From positions 32,001 to 96,000 of the forward strand of contig JBBRLJ010000003.1 in the NCBI GenBank assembly GCA_038231435.1: a DNA stretch of 64,000 nt. Reading direction: 5' to 3'. Positions 36,824-45,703 of this stretch are shown piece after piece (position 1 is the first letter of the stretch; each line of letters opens with the position of its first letter). This stretch comes from Planctomycetota bacterium. GTDB lineage: Bacteria > Planctomycetota > UBA11346. The notes under the pieces were generated by a model. The model was not told where the DNA came from, made no database searches, and saw nothing but the letters and a program-made list of their open reading frames with translations. The translations under genes and the position numbers were made by a program.

Positions 36824-38952
36824 CACGCCTCCCGCAATTCGGCTTCGGACGGCTGCGGCTCGGGAGCTCTCGGCGAGGATCCGAGTAGCCGACCGCCAGT
36901 GAGGAAGGCCAAGCATTCGCGGATGGTGTCGACCAGCACTACCAGGATGGCGACCATGAAGACGGCGCATAGCGCGCCGTCGACGCGATTGTTGAAAGCC
37001 TTCTTGCGCAGGTCGCTCAGCTGCTGCCCCAGCGCCGTCGCGGCGGCAGGATCCGCTGGGGCGGGCGCGGCCGCTAGCGTCGCGATTTGCGCGTCGGTGC
37101 CGCGGGCGAGCTCGAGGAAGTTCACCGCCTTGTCCGATGATGCCAGCTTCTGCCAGCCGGCGGTCTCGGTCACGACCACCAACCACAGCAGTGGGATGAT
37201 GGTCACGAAGGCGAAGCGCGCCTTGCCCATCTTGACGATGATGGTCGTGCCCACGCACAGGGCGATCGCCGCCAGCACCTGATTGGCTATCCCGAAGACT
37301 GGCCACAACGTGTAGATGCCGCCGAGCTTGTCGTAGACGCCGGTCAGCAGGAAATATCCCCAGCTCATGGCGACGACGAAGCTCGCGATCCAGGCCGCGG
37401 GTTGCCATGAGACATTGCCGAAACGTTTCCAGACGTGGCCCACCAGATCCTGGAGGATGAAGCGGCCCACGCGGGTACCGGCGTCGATGGTCGTGAGGAT
37501 GAACAGCGCCTCGAACATGATCGCGAAGTGGTACCAGTGCTTCATCGCATCGGGGCCGGGAATGATGTTCGAGAAGATCCGCGCCATGCCCACTGCCAGG
37601 CACGGAGCCCCGCCTGCCCGCGATAGGATGGATTTCTCACCGACCTCGTCGGCGAGTCCCTGCAAGGCTTCCGGAGTGATGGCGAAGTTCCACTTCGAGA
37701 TGGTGGCCGCCGCCGAGGCCACGTCTGTGCCGATCTTGCCCGCGGGAGAATTCATCGCGAAGTAGGCTCCCGGTTCGAGCGCGCAGGCTGCGATCAGCGC
37801 AAGCACAGCGACGAAGCTCTCCATCAGCATCGACCCGTAGGCGATGGGGCGGGCGTGGCTCTCGCGCGCGAGCAGCTTCGGGGTGGTGCCGCTCGAGACC
37901 AGCGCGTGGAATCCGGAGATCGCGCCGCAGGCGATGGTGATGAATGCGAACGGGAACATCGTGCCAGCCGATACCGGCCCGTTGCCGTGGGCGAACGGGC
38001 CGCCATCGGCGAACTGGGTTACCAGCTTGGGCATCAGCAGCGGTGGCATGACGATGAAGATGCCCGCAGCGAGCAGGAAGACGGTGCCCACCTTGATGAA
38101 GGCCGACAGGTAGTCGCGCGGCGCGAGCAGCAGCCACACCGGCAGCACCGAGGCGGTGAAACCGTAGCCGATGATGAGCTTGGCCAGCGTGTCGCGCGAC
38201 AGGCTGAAGATCTGGCTCAGCTTGGGGTCGTCGTTGGCGTATTTCCCGGCCCACAGGGACGCGATCACCAGCACCAGCCCGATGAGGCTGGCCTCGAGCA
38301 CTCTGCCGGGACGGATCCAGCGCATCCACACGCCCATCAGCAGCGCGATCGGGATGGTCAGTCCGACCGACACCACGCCCCACGGGCTGTCGGCCAGGGC
38401 GTTGACCACCACCATCGCCAGAACCGCGGTGAGGATGATGATGATCGCGAACACCCCGAAGAGCGCCATCCAGCCGCCGACCGGCCCGATCTCTTCGCGC
38501 GCCATCTGGCCCAGCGATTTGCCGTCGCGGCGCATGCTGCCGCAAAGGATGACGCAGTCCTGGGCCGCGCCGCCTAGCACCACGCCGACGATGATCCACA
38601 GCGCCCCGGGCAGGTAGCCGAACTGCGCGGCCAGGATCGGCCCCACCAATGGGCCCGCTCCGGCGATGGCCGCAAAGTGGTGGCCGAACACCACCCATTT
38701 GTTGGTCGGCACGTAGTCGTGGCCGTCGTCGAGCCGCACCGCCGGAGTCGGGCGCGCGTCGTCGAGAGCGAAGATGCGGTTGGCGATGATGCGGCTGTAG
38801 AAGCGGTAGCCGATGGCGTACGTGCACAGCGCGGCGGTGAGCAGCCAGGCGGCACTGACGGTCTCGCCGCGATGCAGGGCGAGCACGGCGAACGCCCAGG
38901 CGCCCGCCGCAGATACCGCGCCCCAGCCCAGGATCGACCATATCCGTCGCAT
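36823..38952 (-). CDS. cstA: Carbon starvation protein A family peptide/pyruvate transporter
   Basis: DGHDYVPTNKWVVFGHHFAAIAGAGPLVGP, WLLLAPRDYLS, ITIACGAISGFH, FEALFILTTIDAGTRVGR, LWPVFGIANQ. Confidence 0.95.
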   Translation of the reverse strand: MRRIWSILGWGAVSAAGAWAFAVLALHRGETVSAAWLLTAALCTYAIGYRFYSRIIANRIFALDDARPTPAVRLDDGHDYVPTNKWVVFGHHFAAIAGAGPLVGPILAAQFGYLPGALWIIVGVVLGGAAQDCVILCGSMRRDGKSLGQMAREEIGPVGGWMALFGVFAIIIILTAVLAMVVVNALADSPWGVVSVGLTIPIALLMGVWMRWIRPGRVLEASLIGLVLVIASLWAGKYANDDPKLSQIFSLSRDTLAKLIIGYGFTASVLPVWLLLAPRDYLSAFIKVGTVFLLAAGIFIVMPPLLMPKLVTQFADGGPFAHGNGPVSAGTMFPFAFITIACGAISGFHALVSSGTTPKLLARESHARPIAYGSMLMESFVAVLALIAACALEPGAYFAMNSPAGKIGTDVASAAATISKWNFAITPEALQGLADEVGEKSILSRAGGAPCLAVGMARIFSNIIPGPDAMKHWYHFAIMFEALFILTTIDAGTRVGRFILQDLVGHVWKRFGNVSWQPAAWIASFVVAMSWGYFLLTGVYDKLGGIYTLWPVFGIANQVLAAIALCVGTTIIVKMGKARFAFVTIIPLLWLVVVTETAGWQKLASSDKAVNFLELARGTDAQIATLAAAPAPADPAAATALGQQLSDLRKKAFNNRVDGALCAVFMVAILVVLVDTIRECLAFLTGGRLLGSSPRAPEPQPSEAELREA

Positions 38953-39060
38953 GCGCCCCTCTTTAGCGGCGGGAGCGGGCTTGGCTACTACCGCAACTGG
39001 GCGCATCGCCTGCCCCAGCCCCCGCTAGGAGCGGGCGGGGGTGCTGGTATTCTCCCAGCC

Positions 39061-39927
39061 ATGGCTTGGGTGGAGCTCATCCCGGGCAAGCGCTTCGAGG
39101 AGGTCGTGAGGCCGGTCGGCCTGGGCGCCTTCCCCTACCGCGTGACCTTCGAGCGCCTGCATGCGGTCGAATGCAAGCTCACCCACACCGTCCGCCGGCA
39201 TCGCCACGGCAACTACGAGATCATGCTGATCGTGGGCGGGTCGTACGTCTGCACCATCAACGACCAGCGCTGCACCCTGCACCGCAACGGCGTCGCGGTG
39301 CTCAAGCCCGGAGACTGGCACGAGGACCTGTGCTCATCGCCGGTCGAGTTCATGAGCCTGACGCTGAAGGTCCAGCCCGGCCCCGACGCGACCACCTCGG
39401 CCTCTGTGTTCTCGGACGCGATCCCGCCCGCGGCCCAGGCCTTCGCCACCGCTGGGCACCTGCATGCGATCGCGGCGCGCATGCGCGCCGAGGGCGGACA
39501 CGCGGATCCGTTCTCGCCGCCGCTCCTGGACGCGCTCGCCTTCGAGTTCATCTGCGCCCTGCTGCGCTCGATGCCGAGCGCGTACATCAATCCCAAGCTG
39601 CTCGACGAGAATCCCCACCACGCATTCGCCACCGCGCTGTTGACGCTCTTCGATCGCAGCCTCGGCTCGCCGCTCGGGCTGGGCGACATGGCCAAGCATC
39701 TGGCGATGAGCGAGCGCTCGCTGAGCGCGCGCTGCCGCGCCGCGTTCAAGACCTCGCCCACGCGGTTGTTCGTGCGCTTCAAGATGGAGCGTGCGCGTAC
39801 GCTGCTCATGCAGACTGATACGCCGATCAAGGAGATCAGCCGTTACCTGGGCTTCGAGAATCCGTACCACTTCTCGACCGTCTACAAACGCGTGCACGGC
39901 TTTTCGCCCGCGCACCACCGCTGTTAG
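39061..39927 (+). CDS. AraC-family transcriptional regulator
   Basis: Cupin HRHGNYE...KPGDWH. HTH IKEISRYLGFENPYHFSTVYKRVHGFSP. Confidence 0.9.
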   Translation: MAWVELIPGKRFEEVVRPVGLGAFPYRVTFERLHAVECKLTHTVRRHRHGNYEIMLIVGGSYVCTINDQRCTLHRNGVAVLKPGDWHEDLCSSPVEFMSLTLKVQPGPDATTSASVFSDAIPPAAQAFATAGHLHAIAARMRAEGGHADPFSPPLLDALAFEFICALLRSMPSAYINPKLLDENPHHAFATALLTLFDRSLGSPLGLGDMAKHLAMSERSLSARCRAAFKTSPTRLFVRFKMERARTLLMQTDTPIKEISRYLGFENPYHFSTVYKRVHGFSPAHHRC

Positions 39928-40046
39928 TTGGGGGGCTACGGCCCCCCAACATCGCGCTGCCCCTACCGACCGGGGCCTTACGCCGCGCTGCCCCCCGGGA
40001 AGGAACGGCCAGTGGGATTTGGGAGCAGGCGCCGGTGGCGCTGCTC
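39927..40046. repeat. REP-like element, type A
   Basis: Exact GTTGGGGGGCTACGGCCCCCCAACATC starting on the last base of the TAG stop, then CTGCCCCCCGGGA and a GAGCAGGCGCC...GGCGCTGCTC hairpin as at 2633-2690. Confidence 0.85.
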
Positions 40047-40092
40047 GTTACGGCGCGCGCTCACGTGGAGAGTGCATTGACAAGCGATCAGG

Positions 40093-41895
40093 TTATTTGC
40101 CGGAGAGGGCCAGGGGCTTCTTGAAATAGGTGGTGGCGCGGGAGCGGAAGTAGCCGCCGTCGTCGTCGGCGTTGAGGGACTTGAGGCCCTTCGCGCCGGC
40201 CGGATTGGTGATGCCGTCCTTGCAGGCGTCGTCGGGAAAGGTCGAGTCGCCCATGGTGCCGCCGAAGAGGTAGCCGATGACGCCGGCCGAAGCCCACTCG
40301 GCGAGGTGGTGGTTCGACGGATAGCCTTCGAGGAAATACGGCGCGGTGGTGTCCTGGAAGTGCCCGGGGGTGTTGTCGCACGCGGCCATGATGGTGTTGC
40401 CGTACGGAAGCTGCCAGAGCATGATCGGCAGCTTGGTGATGCGGTGGATGTCCTCGCACCAGGCGCGGAACGAGGCGAAGGCGGCTTCGGACTGGTAGGC
40501 GTCGGCGCCGGCCGTCTTGTGGAAGACCTTCCAGCCGGCGTCGCGGTCGCTGGTGTCGGCGAAGACCAGATCCCACTGGCCGCACTTCATGCAGAAATCG
40601 GCCGAGGCCTGTCCGGTGGGATTGCCCCACTTCGAACCATGCCAGGCCAGCAGCACGTTGGGCGCGAGCTTGTCGCGCAGCATCGCGATCGCCTTGCCGA
40701 GATCGGCGGCGGTGTCGCCGAGCTTGGCGAAATCGGCGATGCCGGTCGAACGCACCATGACGCGCACCTGGGTCGGGTCGTTGGGCTTGAAGATCGGATC
40801 GATCTGCATGTAGCCCCACATGTCCGGCTCGACGTGCAGGATCGCCGGTTTCTTGACTTCGGCGGCCTTGGTGAAGAACAGCGCGAGTCCTTCGAAGTAC
40901 GCCTTCATGGTCTCGGGCGTCTCGCAATTGCGCTTGTTCTGTGCGGCCTCGCTGCCGGTGCCGGCGCCGGGCGAGGACTGCATCATCTGGTACCAGGTGA
41001 AGACCGGGATCATGCCCAGCTTCTCGGACTCGTGGCAATAGTTGCTGACGAAGGATCCCGCGGGCTGATCCCAATCCTTCCAGGTCCTGCCGACGTTGGC
41101 GCCGCCTGAGAGGTACTGGTAGCGCATGTCCCAGGGCATTCCCTGCTGCGCCGTGGCCACGACCCACTTGTCGTACGGAGCGCTGGAGACGCCGAGCATG
41201 ACTGCGCGCTTCCCCAGCCGACGCAGCACCGCCGCGGTCGAGGCATCCGCGCGCGCAGTCGGTTCAGGTCCGGCGACGGGCGCAGCGGTGGCCTCCTTCA
41301 CCGGCGCGGCTTCGGCCTGCATGCGTTTCAGCTCAGCTTGGGCGGCCAGATACGATCCATCGGAGGAGAGGCTGGGATCGAGCTCGAGCGCGCGATGCAG
41401 ACGCGTGTCGGCCTCGGGCAGCAGGGATCGAGCCAGGCAATAGCGGCCGAGCTTGAGCTGCGACCGGGCATCGTCCGCTGGCAGATACGCGACGCCGAGA
41501 TGGAGGCCGAGCGCGGGATCCATCTTGCGCCAGCCCGCCCACGCGAGCGTCATGTCAGGGCCATTGGTGATCGCGACGCCGAGCATCTTCTCGTCGGCGG
41601 ACGCGACACGTCCCTGCGCGCGAGCGCCATCGACCAGCACCGTCACCCATTCCCGCTTTCCGGCGGCCACCGAGGCGATGACCAGCTTCTGGACCGTCGC
41701 ATCCAGCGCGTCCGCCTCATCGACCGTGACGCGATCGCTCGCAACCGGCGCGACGACCACGGCCGGAGGCTCGGCGCTCGGTGGCGGCGCCGTGCGACCC
41801 TCCTGCGCCGTAAGCGCCGGGGCCAGGCACACGAGCAGTGCGGCGGCCAGACCAAGCGACCGGTGGACCAAGGCACGAGGAAATACGATTTTCAT
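40093..41895 (-). CDS. Secreted protein: N-terminal beta/TPR-like module plus putative glycoside hydrolase barrel
   Basis: Signal peptide ending ALTA. Aromatic and acidic motifs RYQYLSGG, PVFTWYQM, ILHVEPDMWGY, DTSDRDAG, LWQLPYGN, DDDGG. Family not assignable by eye. Start may be 41907. Confidence 0.62.
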   Translation of the reverse strand: MKIVFPRALVHRSLGLAAALLVCLAPALTAQEGRTAPPPSAEPPAVVVAPVASDRVTVDEADALDATVQKLVIASVAAGKREWVTVLVDGARAQGRVASADEKMLGVAITNGPDMTLAWAGWRKMDPALGLHLGVAYLPADDARSQLKLGRYCLARSLLPEADTRLHRALELDPSLSSDGSYLAAQAELKRMQAEAAPVKEATAAPVAGPEPTARADASTAAVLRRLGKRAVMLGVSSAPYDKWVVATAQQGMPWDMRYQYLSGGANVGRTWKDWDQPAGSFVSNYCHESEKLGMIPVFTWYQMMQSSPGAGTGSEAAQNKRNCETPETMKAYFEGLALFFTKAAEVKKPAILHVEPDMWGYMQIDPIFKPNDPTQVRVMVRSTGIADFAKLGDTAADLGKAIAMLRDKLAPNVLLAWHGSKWGNPTGQASADFCMKCGQWDLVFADTSDRDAGWKVFHKTAGADAYQSEAAFASFRAWCEDIHRITKLPIMLWQLPYGNTIMAACDNTPGHFQDTTAPYFLEGYPSNHHLAEWASAGVIGYLFGGTMGDSTFPDDACKDGITNPAGAKGLKSLNADDDGGYFRSRATTYFKKPLALSGK

Positions 41896-42065
41896 GCGGT
41901 GCGTCATGCAGAATCTATGCTGAACGCAGCATAGCGCCGCCGGTTCACCGCCAAGCGCCATCGATTTCGGCAGCCGCCGCTCACCCCATCGTGGACACAT
42001 CCACGCCAGCAGGCGCGGCATGCTGCCGGCGCGGCCTATCGGAGAGCGCGCCGACGCGGAGCCCG

Positions 42066-43598
42066 TCAGTGCGTGGTCGAAGCCGCGCCCGATGCCAGGC
42101 GCAGGCTGTCGACCCACACCGTCCCCAGTCCGAGACCGTCGATGCGGATCGCCGACACCGACGCGCCGCCGGGAATCGCCGCTCCGGATGACGAGATGAA
42201 ATCGGCGGCGCGCAGGTCGAGCCGCACCCAGCCGTTCTCGGTACCCACATCGGCCACGTTCGCCCTCCAGGCCTGGCCGTTTGCCTCCATCTGCACCACC
42301 ATGCCGCCAGCATGTTCGCTGCGCGCCCGCACACGCAGAACGAAATCGGCAGGAGCGATGAACAGCCACGGCTGCGAGCTCTTCGCGGCGACACTCAAGC
42401 TGGTGTCGGTAGCCGCCCCGGCGTCGTGCCCGGCCGCAGCCACCGAGGCGAGCGCCTTGCCGCCATCCGGCGCCGAAGCCATGGTGCCGCTGGTGACGAT
42501 CCAGGTTCCGCCTCCACCGCCGAAGCCGCAATCCCACAACACTCCGGTGCCGGCCGCGTCGGAGCGCTGGCCGAGCCAGAGCTCGCTCTTGGCGATGCTG
42601 GTCGGAGCGAGCGGCGCAGAGCCCTTGGCGATGACGCATTCCTGCAGCGTCGACACCGGACGCGAGCCAGCCGCATTGCCGACCTCGACGGTGCCGTCCT
42701 CCATGCGCACCAGCGTGCGCTCGGATTCCGCAGTGAGATCGAAACGCGTGCCGGTGATGCGCACGTCCGCGGAAGGAGTTTCGATGGTCAAGCGCGCCGC
42801 GGTTCCCGCGACATGTGACGCAGATTTGTCGACCGAGGCGAAGAGACGTCCGGCGGACACCGAGATCCTCGTCTGCTCGCGCAGGTCGCACTGCGTGCCT
42901 GGAGCGAGATCGAGGGTCGCGCCGAGGTTGAGTGACAGGCCGACACAGGTCTCGGGGGCGGAATCGCGGAGACCGCCGCTGTCGATGTGGTCGCCAGGGA
43001 GCAGCTGCTGGCCCATGCTCAACGGCTCGGAGGCGCCGTTGGGCCTGATCAGGCGTGGGAGCGGGGCGCCGTGGACGCGCGCGCCGAGGAATACCACGGT
43101 TGCGATCGGCGCATGGGGCGAGGCCGGCCCTTGGGCGACGTTGGATCCGGCGCCGGGTTTGGTCCCCTTCACGAGCATGGGGACCGACAGCGTGGCGATG
43201 AGCAGCGCGGCCGCGGCGGCCGCCGCCGTCCACCACCCGGCGGCGACACGGCGCGGACGCTCGTTCGACCGCTTCGGCTGCAGGGCAGGCGATGGCCGTG
43301 AGGGCGGAGCCAGCGCTGGGATGTCGCGTTCACTGGGCGAGACGTACGCGGCGATGCGCTCGCTCATCGATAGGTGCTTCACCGAATCGGCATTGCCCTG
43401 GGCGCGAGTGAGCTGGCGCAGCTGCTGCTCGAACCTGGTGGCGCTGGCGAAGCGCCGCGCGGCGCCGGCATCGGCGGCGAGCGTGCGATCGAGCTCCTCC
43501 CATTCGCCATCGTCGAGCGCGCGGTCGAGGTACTTGGCGATCAGCTCGCCGAGACGATCCTGGGCGAAGGCTTCTGGTGTCATGGCGTTCCGGTTCAT
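42066..43598 (-). CDS. FecR-domain anti-sigma factor with a C-terminal CBM-like jelly-roll domain
   Basis: N-terminal LIAKYLD..LDD.E..EL...L anti-sigma helix, a TM segment, FecR IETPSADVRITGTRF...GTVEV, and C-terminal WVRLDL...F...VWVDSLRL. ATGA overlap with the sigma gene. Confidence 0.8.
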   Translation of the reverse strand: MNRNAMTPEAFAQDRLGELIAKYLDRALDDGEWEELDRTLAADAGAARRFASATRFEQQLRQLTRAQGNADSVKHLSMSERIAAYVSPSERDIPALAPPSRPSPALQPKRSNERPRRVAAGWWTAAAAAAALLIATLSVPMLVKGTKPGAGSNVAQGPASPHAPIATVVFLGARVHGAPLPRLIRPNGASEPLSMGQQLLPGDHIDSGGLRDSAPETCVGLSLNLGATLDLAPGTQCDLREQTRISVSAGRLFASVDKSASHVAGTAARLTIETPSADVRITGTRFDLTAESERTLVRMEDGTVEVGNAAGSRPVSTLQECVIAKGSAPLAPTSIAKSELWLGQRSDAAGTGVLWDCGFGGGGGTWIVTSGTMASAPDGGKALASVAAAGHDAGAATDTSLSVAAKSSQPWLFIAPADFVLRVRARSEHAGGMVVQMEANGQAWRANVADVGTENGWVRLDLRAADFISSSGAAIPGGASVSAIRIDGLGLGTVWVDSLRLASGAASTTH

Positions 43599-44203
43599 GG
43601 CGTCGCCGCCCCTGGGCTCATGCGGTTGCGCACGCAGCGTTCGAGCGACGAGCGCAACCGCAGCAGGGCTTTGGTGACGGCCGCGAGGCTGCGCTCGCTG
43701 CGGGTGGCGACCTCTTCGAGGGGCAGGGATTCCTGATAGCGCAAATCGAGCAGCTTGCGCGAGGCGGGATCGAGCGAGCGCAGGCACAGCTGCAGCGCTT
43801 CGAGCTGCGGTGACCCTGGCGCCTCGACCTCTTCATAGGCGGCCGCGACCGACTCGATCGCCTCGGGCGAGAGCATGCGCCCGCCCTGGCGTTGGCGCTC
43901 GCGGTCTTTGAGGATCTTGCGCGCCGCGATGCCGCGCGCCCAGGCTCCGAACGAATGGCTCGGATCGTACTCGGCGAAGCGGCGCCACAGCACCAGCGAG
44001 ACCTCCTGCACGATGTCGTCGGCGCGATTCCAATCCTGCACCACCGACACCACGAAGGCCTGCAGGTCACCCTGGTGCTTGAGGAACATGCTGACGAACC
44101 GCTCCTGATCCGGGGCCTGTCCCGTCGAGGGGCCGACGCCCTGAACCGGAAGATCCGGATCGGTCCCGGATAAAGGACGGGGAAAAGGGATGGGGTCGGT
44201 CAT
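43595..44203 (-). CDS. ECF sigma-70 factor (Planctomycete/Verrucomicrobia type)
   Basis: ADDIVQEVSLVLWRRFAEYD...FGAWARGIA region 2; ALQLCLRSL...LLDLRY...L.RLR..LERCV region 4. Confidence 0.9.
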   Translation of the reverse strand: MTDPIPFPRPLSGTDPDLPVQGVGPSTGQAPDQERFVSMFLKHQGDLQAFVVSVVQDWNRADDIVQEVSLVLWRRFAEYDPSHSFGAWARGIAARKILKDRERQRQGGRMLSPEAIESVAAAYEEVEAPGSPQLEALQLCLRSLDPASRKLLDLRYQESLPLEEVATRSERSLAAVTKALLRLRSSLERCVRNRMSPGAATP

Positions 44204-44227
44204 AGGGTCGGGTCGGTCATAGGGTCG
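44194..44227. repeat. 17-bp tandem duplication spanning the sigma-factor start codon
   Basis: GGTCGGTCATAGGGTCG occurs twice, exact, at 44194-44210 and 44211-44227. Confidence 0.9.
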
Positions 44228-44582
44228 GGGCGTGCTGGTTCTTCCGCCACTCCTTCCCGACACGGGTCCGGGATCGGACATCATTCTGTGGACACAAACC
44301 CTTGCGCTAGCGACGCCTGCAACATATGGCGAGACCATGTCACCCGGTCACCCGGGCATCGCTGCACGGGCCGCGGGCGGAGGTGAACGAGGGGTTGCGC
44401 ACCCATCAGGTCCAAGCCCATGGCTGGCAAGGCTTACCAGAAGTCTACCACGAGAAGCGGGGTGCTGCGTCAGACATCTCGGCTGCCGACGCAGACATGG
44501 CCCGGGACGGGTCGGCGGACATATGATCACCCTCCCACCTCGACCCACCCCACCAGCGGCACTGCCGCACGGAGCACTTCAC

Positions 44583-45701
44583 ATGGCGGCCAAGACCCTG
44601 CGCATCGGACTCATCGGCACGGGCGGCATCATGCGCGGCGCGCACATGCCCGGCTGGCAACTGGCCAAGGACTGCCAGATCGTCGCCGCCTGCGACAGCA
44701 ACGGTGAGACCGCCGAGAAGTTCGCCAAGGACTTCAACGTCGCGCGCGTGTCCACCGACGCGCTCGAGATCGCGCAGGCGAAGGACGTCGACGTCGTCGA
44801 CATCTGCACGCCCAACCGCGCGCACACCCCGGCCGTGTTGGCCGCGCTCGCCGCCGGCAAGCACGTGATCTGCGAGAAGCCACTTGCGGTCACCACCGCA
44901 GAGGTCCGCGAGATGGCGGCGGCGGCGAAGAAGTCGGGCACCATCCTGATGACCGCCCAGCATTTCCGCTTCAGCCCGCGCGTGGTCGCGCTCAAGCGCT
45001 TCGTCGACGCCGGCTCGGTGGGCGAGGTCTACCACGCGCGCGTGCATGCGGTGCGCCGCAACTGGCTGCCCACCAGCCCGACCTTTATCGACGATGCGAT
45101 CAGCGGCGGCGGCCCGTGCATGGACATCGGCGTCCACGCCCTGGACACCGCGATGTACCTCATGGGTTTCCCCAAGCCGGTGCGCGTCTCGGGTACCACC
45201 ATGGTCAACTTCGCCAAGGGCGATGTGATCCCGGGCGCGTGGGGCGAGTGGGACCGCGCGCGCTTCACCGTCGAGGACTTCGCCTCGGGATTCGTCCACT
45301 TCGACAACGGCGCCACCATGGTCATCGAGGCGGCCTGGCTCCAGCACCAGAAGGAGAGCGAGGATTTCAGCGCTCGGCTCTTCGGTCGCAAGGCGAGCAT
45401 CAGCTGGCCGACCGGCGAGTATTCGAGCACCCTCAATCGCGCGCTGATCGACGGCGTGGTCGCCGAGGAGAACGGCCTGAAGGCCGCCCACAGCCAGGAG
45501 ATCCTCGCCTTCATCGACGCAATCCGCGCCGGCAAGCCGTCGCCGGTGCCGGTCGAACAGACCCTGTCGGTGATCTCGATCCTCGAGGGCATCGTCCAGT
45601 CCGGTAAGAGTGGGCGCGAGATCGTGCTCGGCTCGGCGCCGGCAGCCGCCTCCCATACCGCGACTAGCGCGACCACCACGGCCAAGGCCGGGAAGAAGTG
45701 A
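44583..45701 (+). CDS. Gfo/Idh/MocA-family NAD(P)-dependent oxidoreductase
   Basis: IGLIGTGGI, DICTPNRAH, GKHVICEKP, SGGGPCMDIGVH. Confidence 0.93.
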   Translation: MAAKTLRIGLIGTGGIMRGAHMPGWQLAKDCQIVAACDSNGETAEKFAKDFNVARVSTDALEIAQAKDVDVVDICTPNRAHTPAVLAALAAGKHVICEKPLAVTTAEVREMAAAAKKSGTILMTAQHFRFSPRVVALKRFVDAGSVGEVYHARVHAVRRNWLPTSPTFIDDAISGGGPCMDIGVHALDTAMYLMGFPKPVRVSGTTMVNFAKGDVIPGAWGEWDRARFTVEDFASGFVHFDNGATMVIEAAWLQHQKESEDFSARLFGRKASISWPTGEYSSTLNRALIDGVVAEENGLKAAHSQEILAFIDAIRAGKPSPVPVEQTLSVISILEGIVQSGKSGREIVLGSAPAAASHTATSATTTAKAGKK

Positions 45702-45703
45702 CC

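Noticed and set aside
41896..43236. 1047-aa ORF as a single fusion or frameshift product
   Set aside because: The upstream part overlaps the FecR gene in another frame and reads as Arg-rich noise. A clear signal peptide begins at about 41895.
44228..44582. Long intergenic regions (also 12135-12481 and 779-1049) as riboswitch or ncRNA
   Set aside because: I could not recognise any conserved RNA motif by eye; an Rfam/Infernal scan would be needed.
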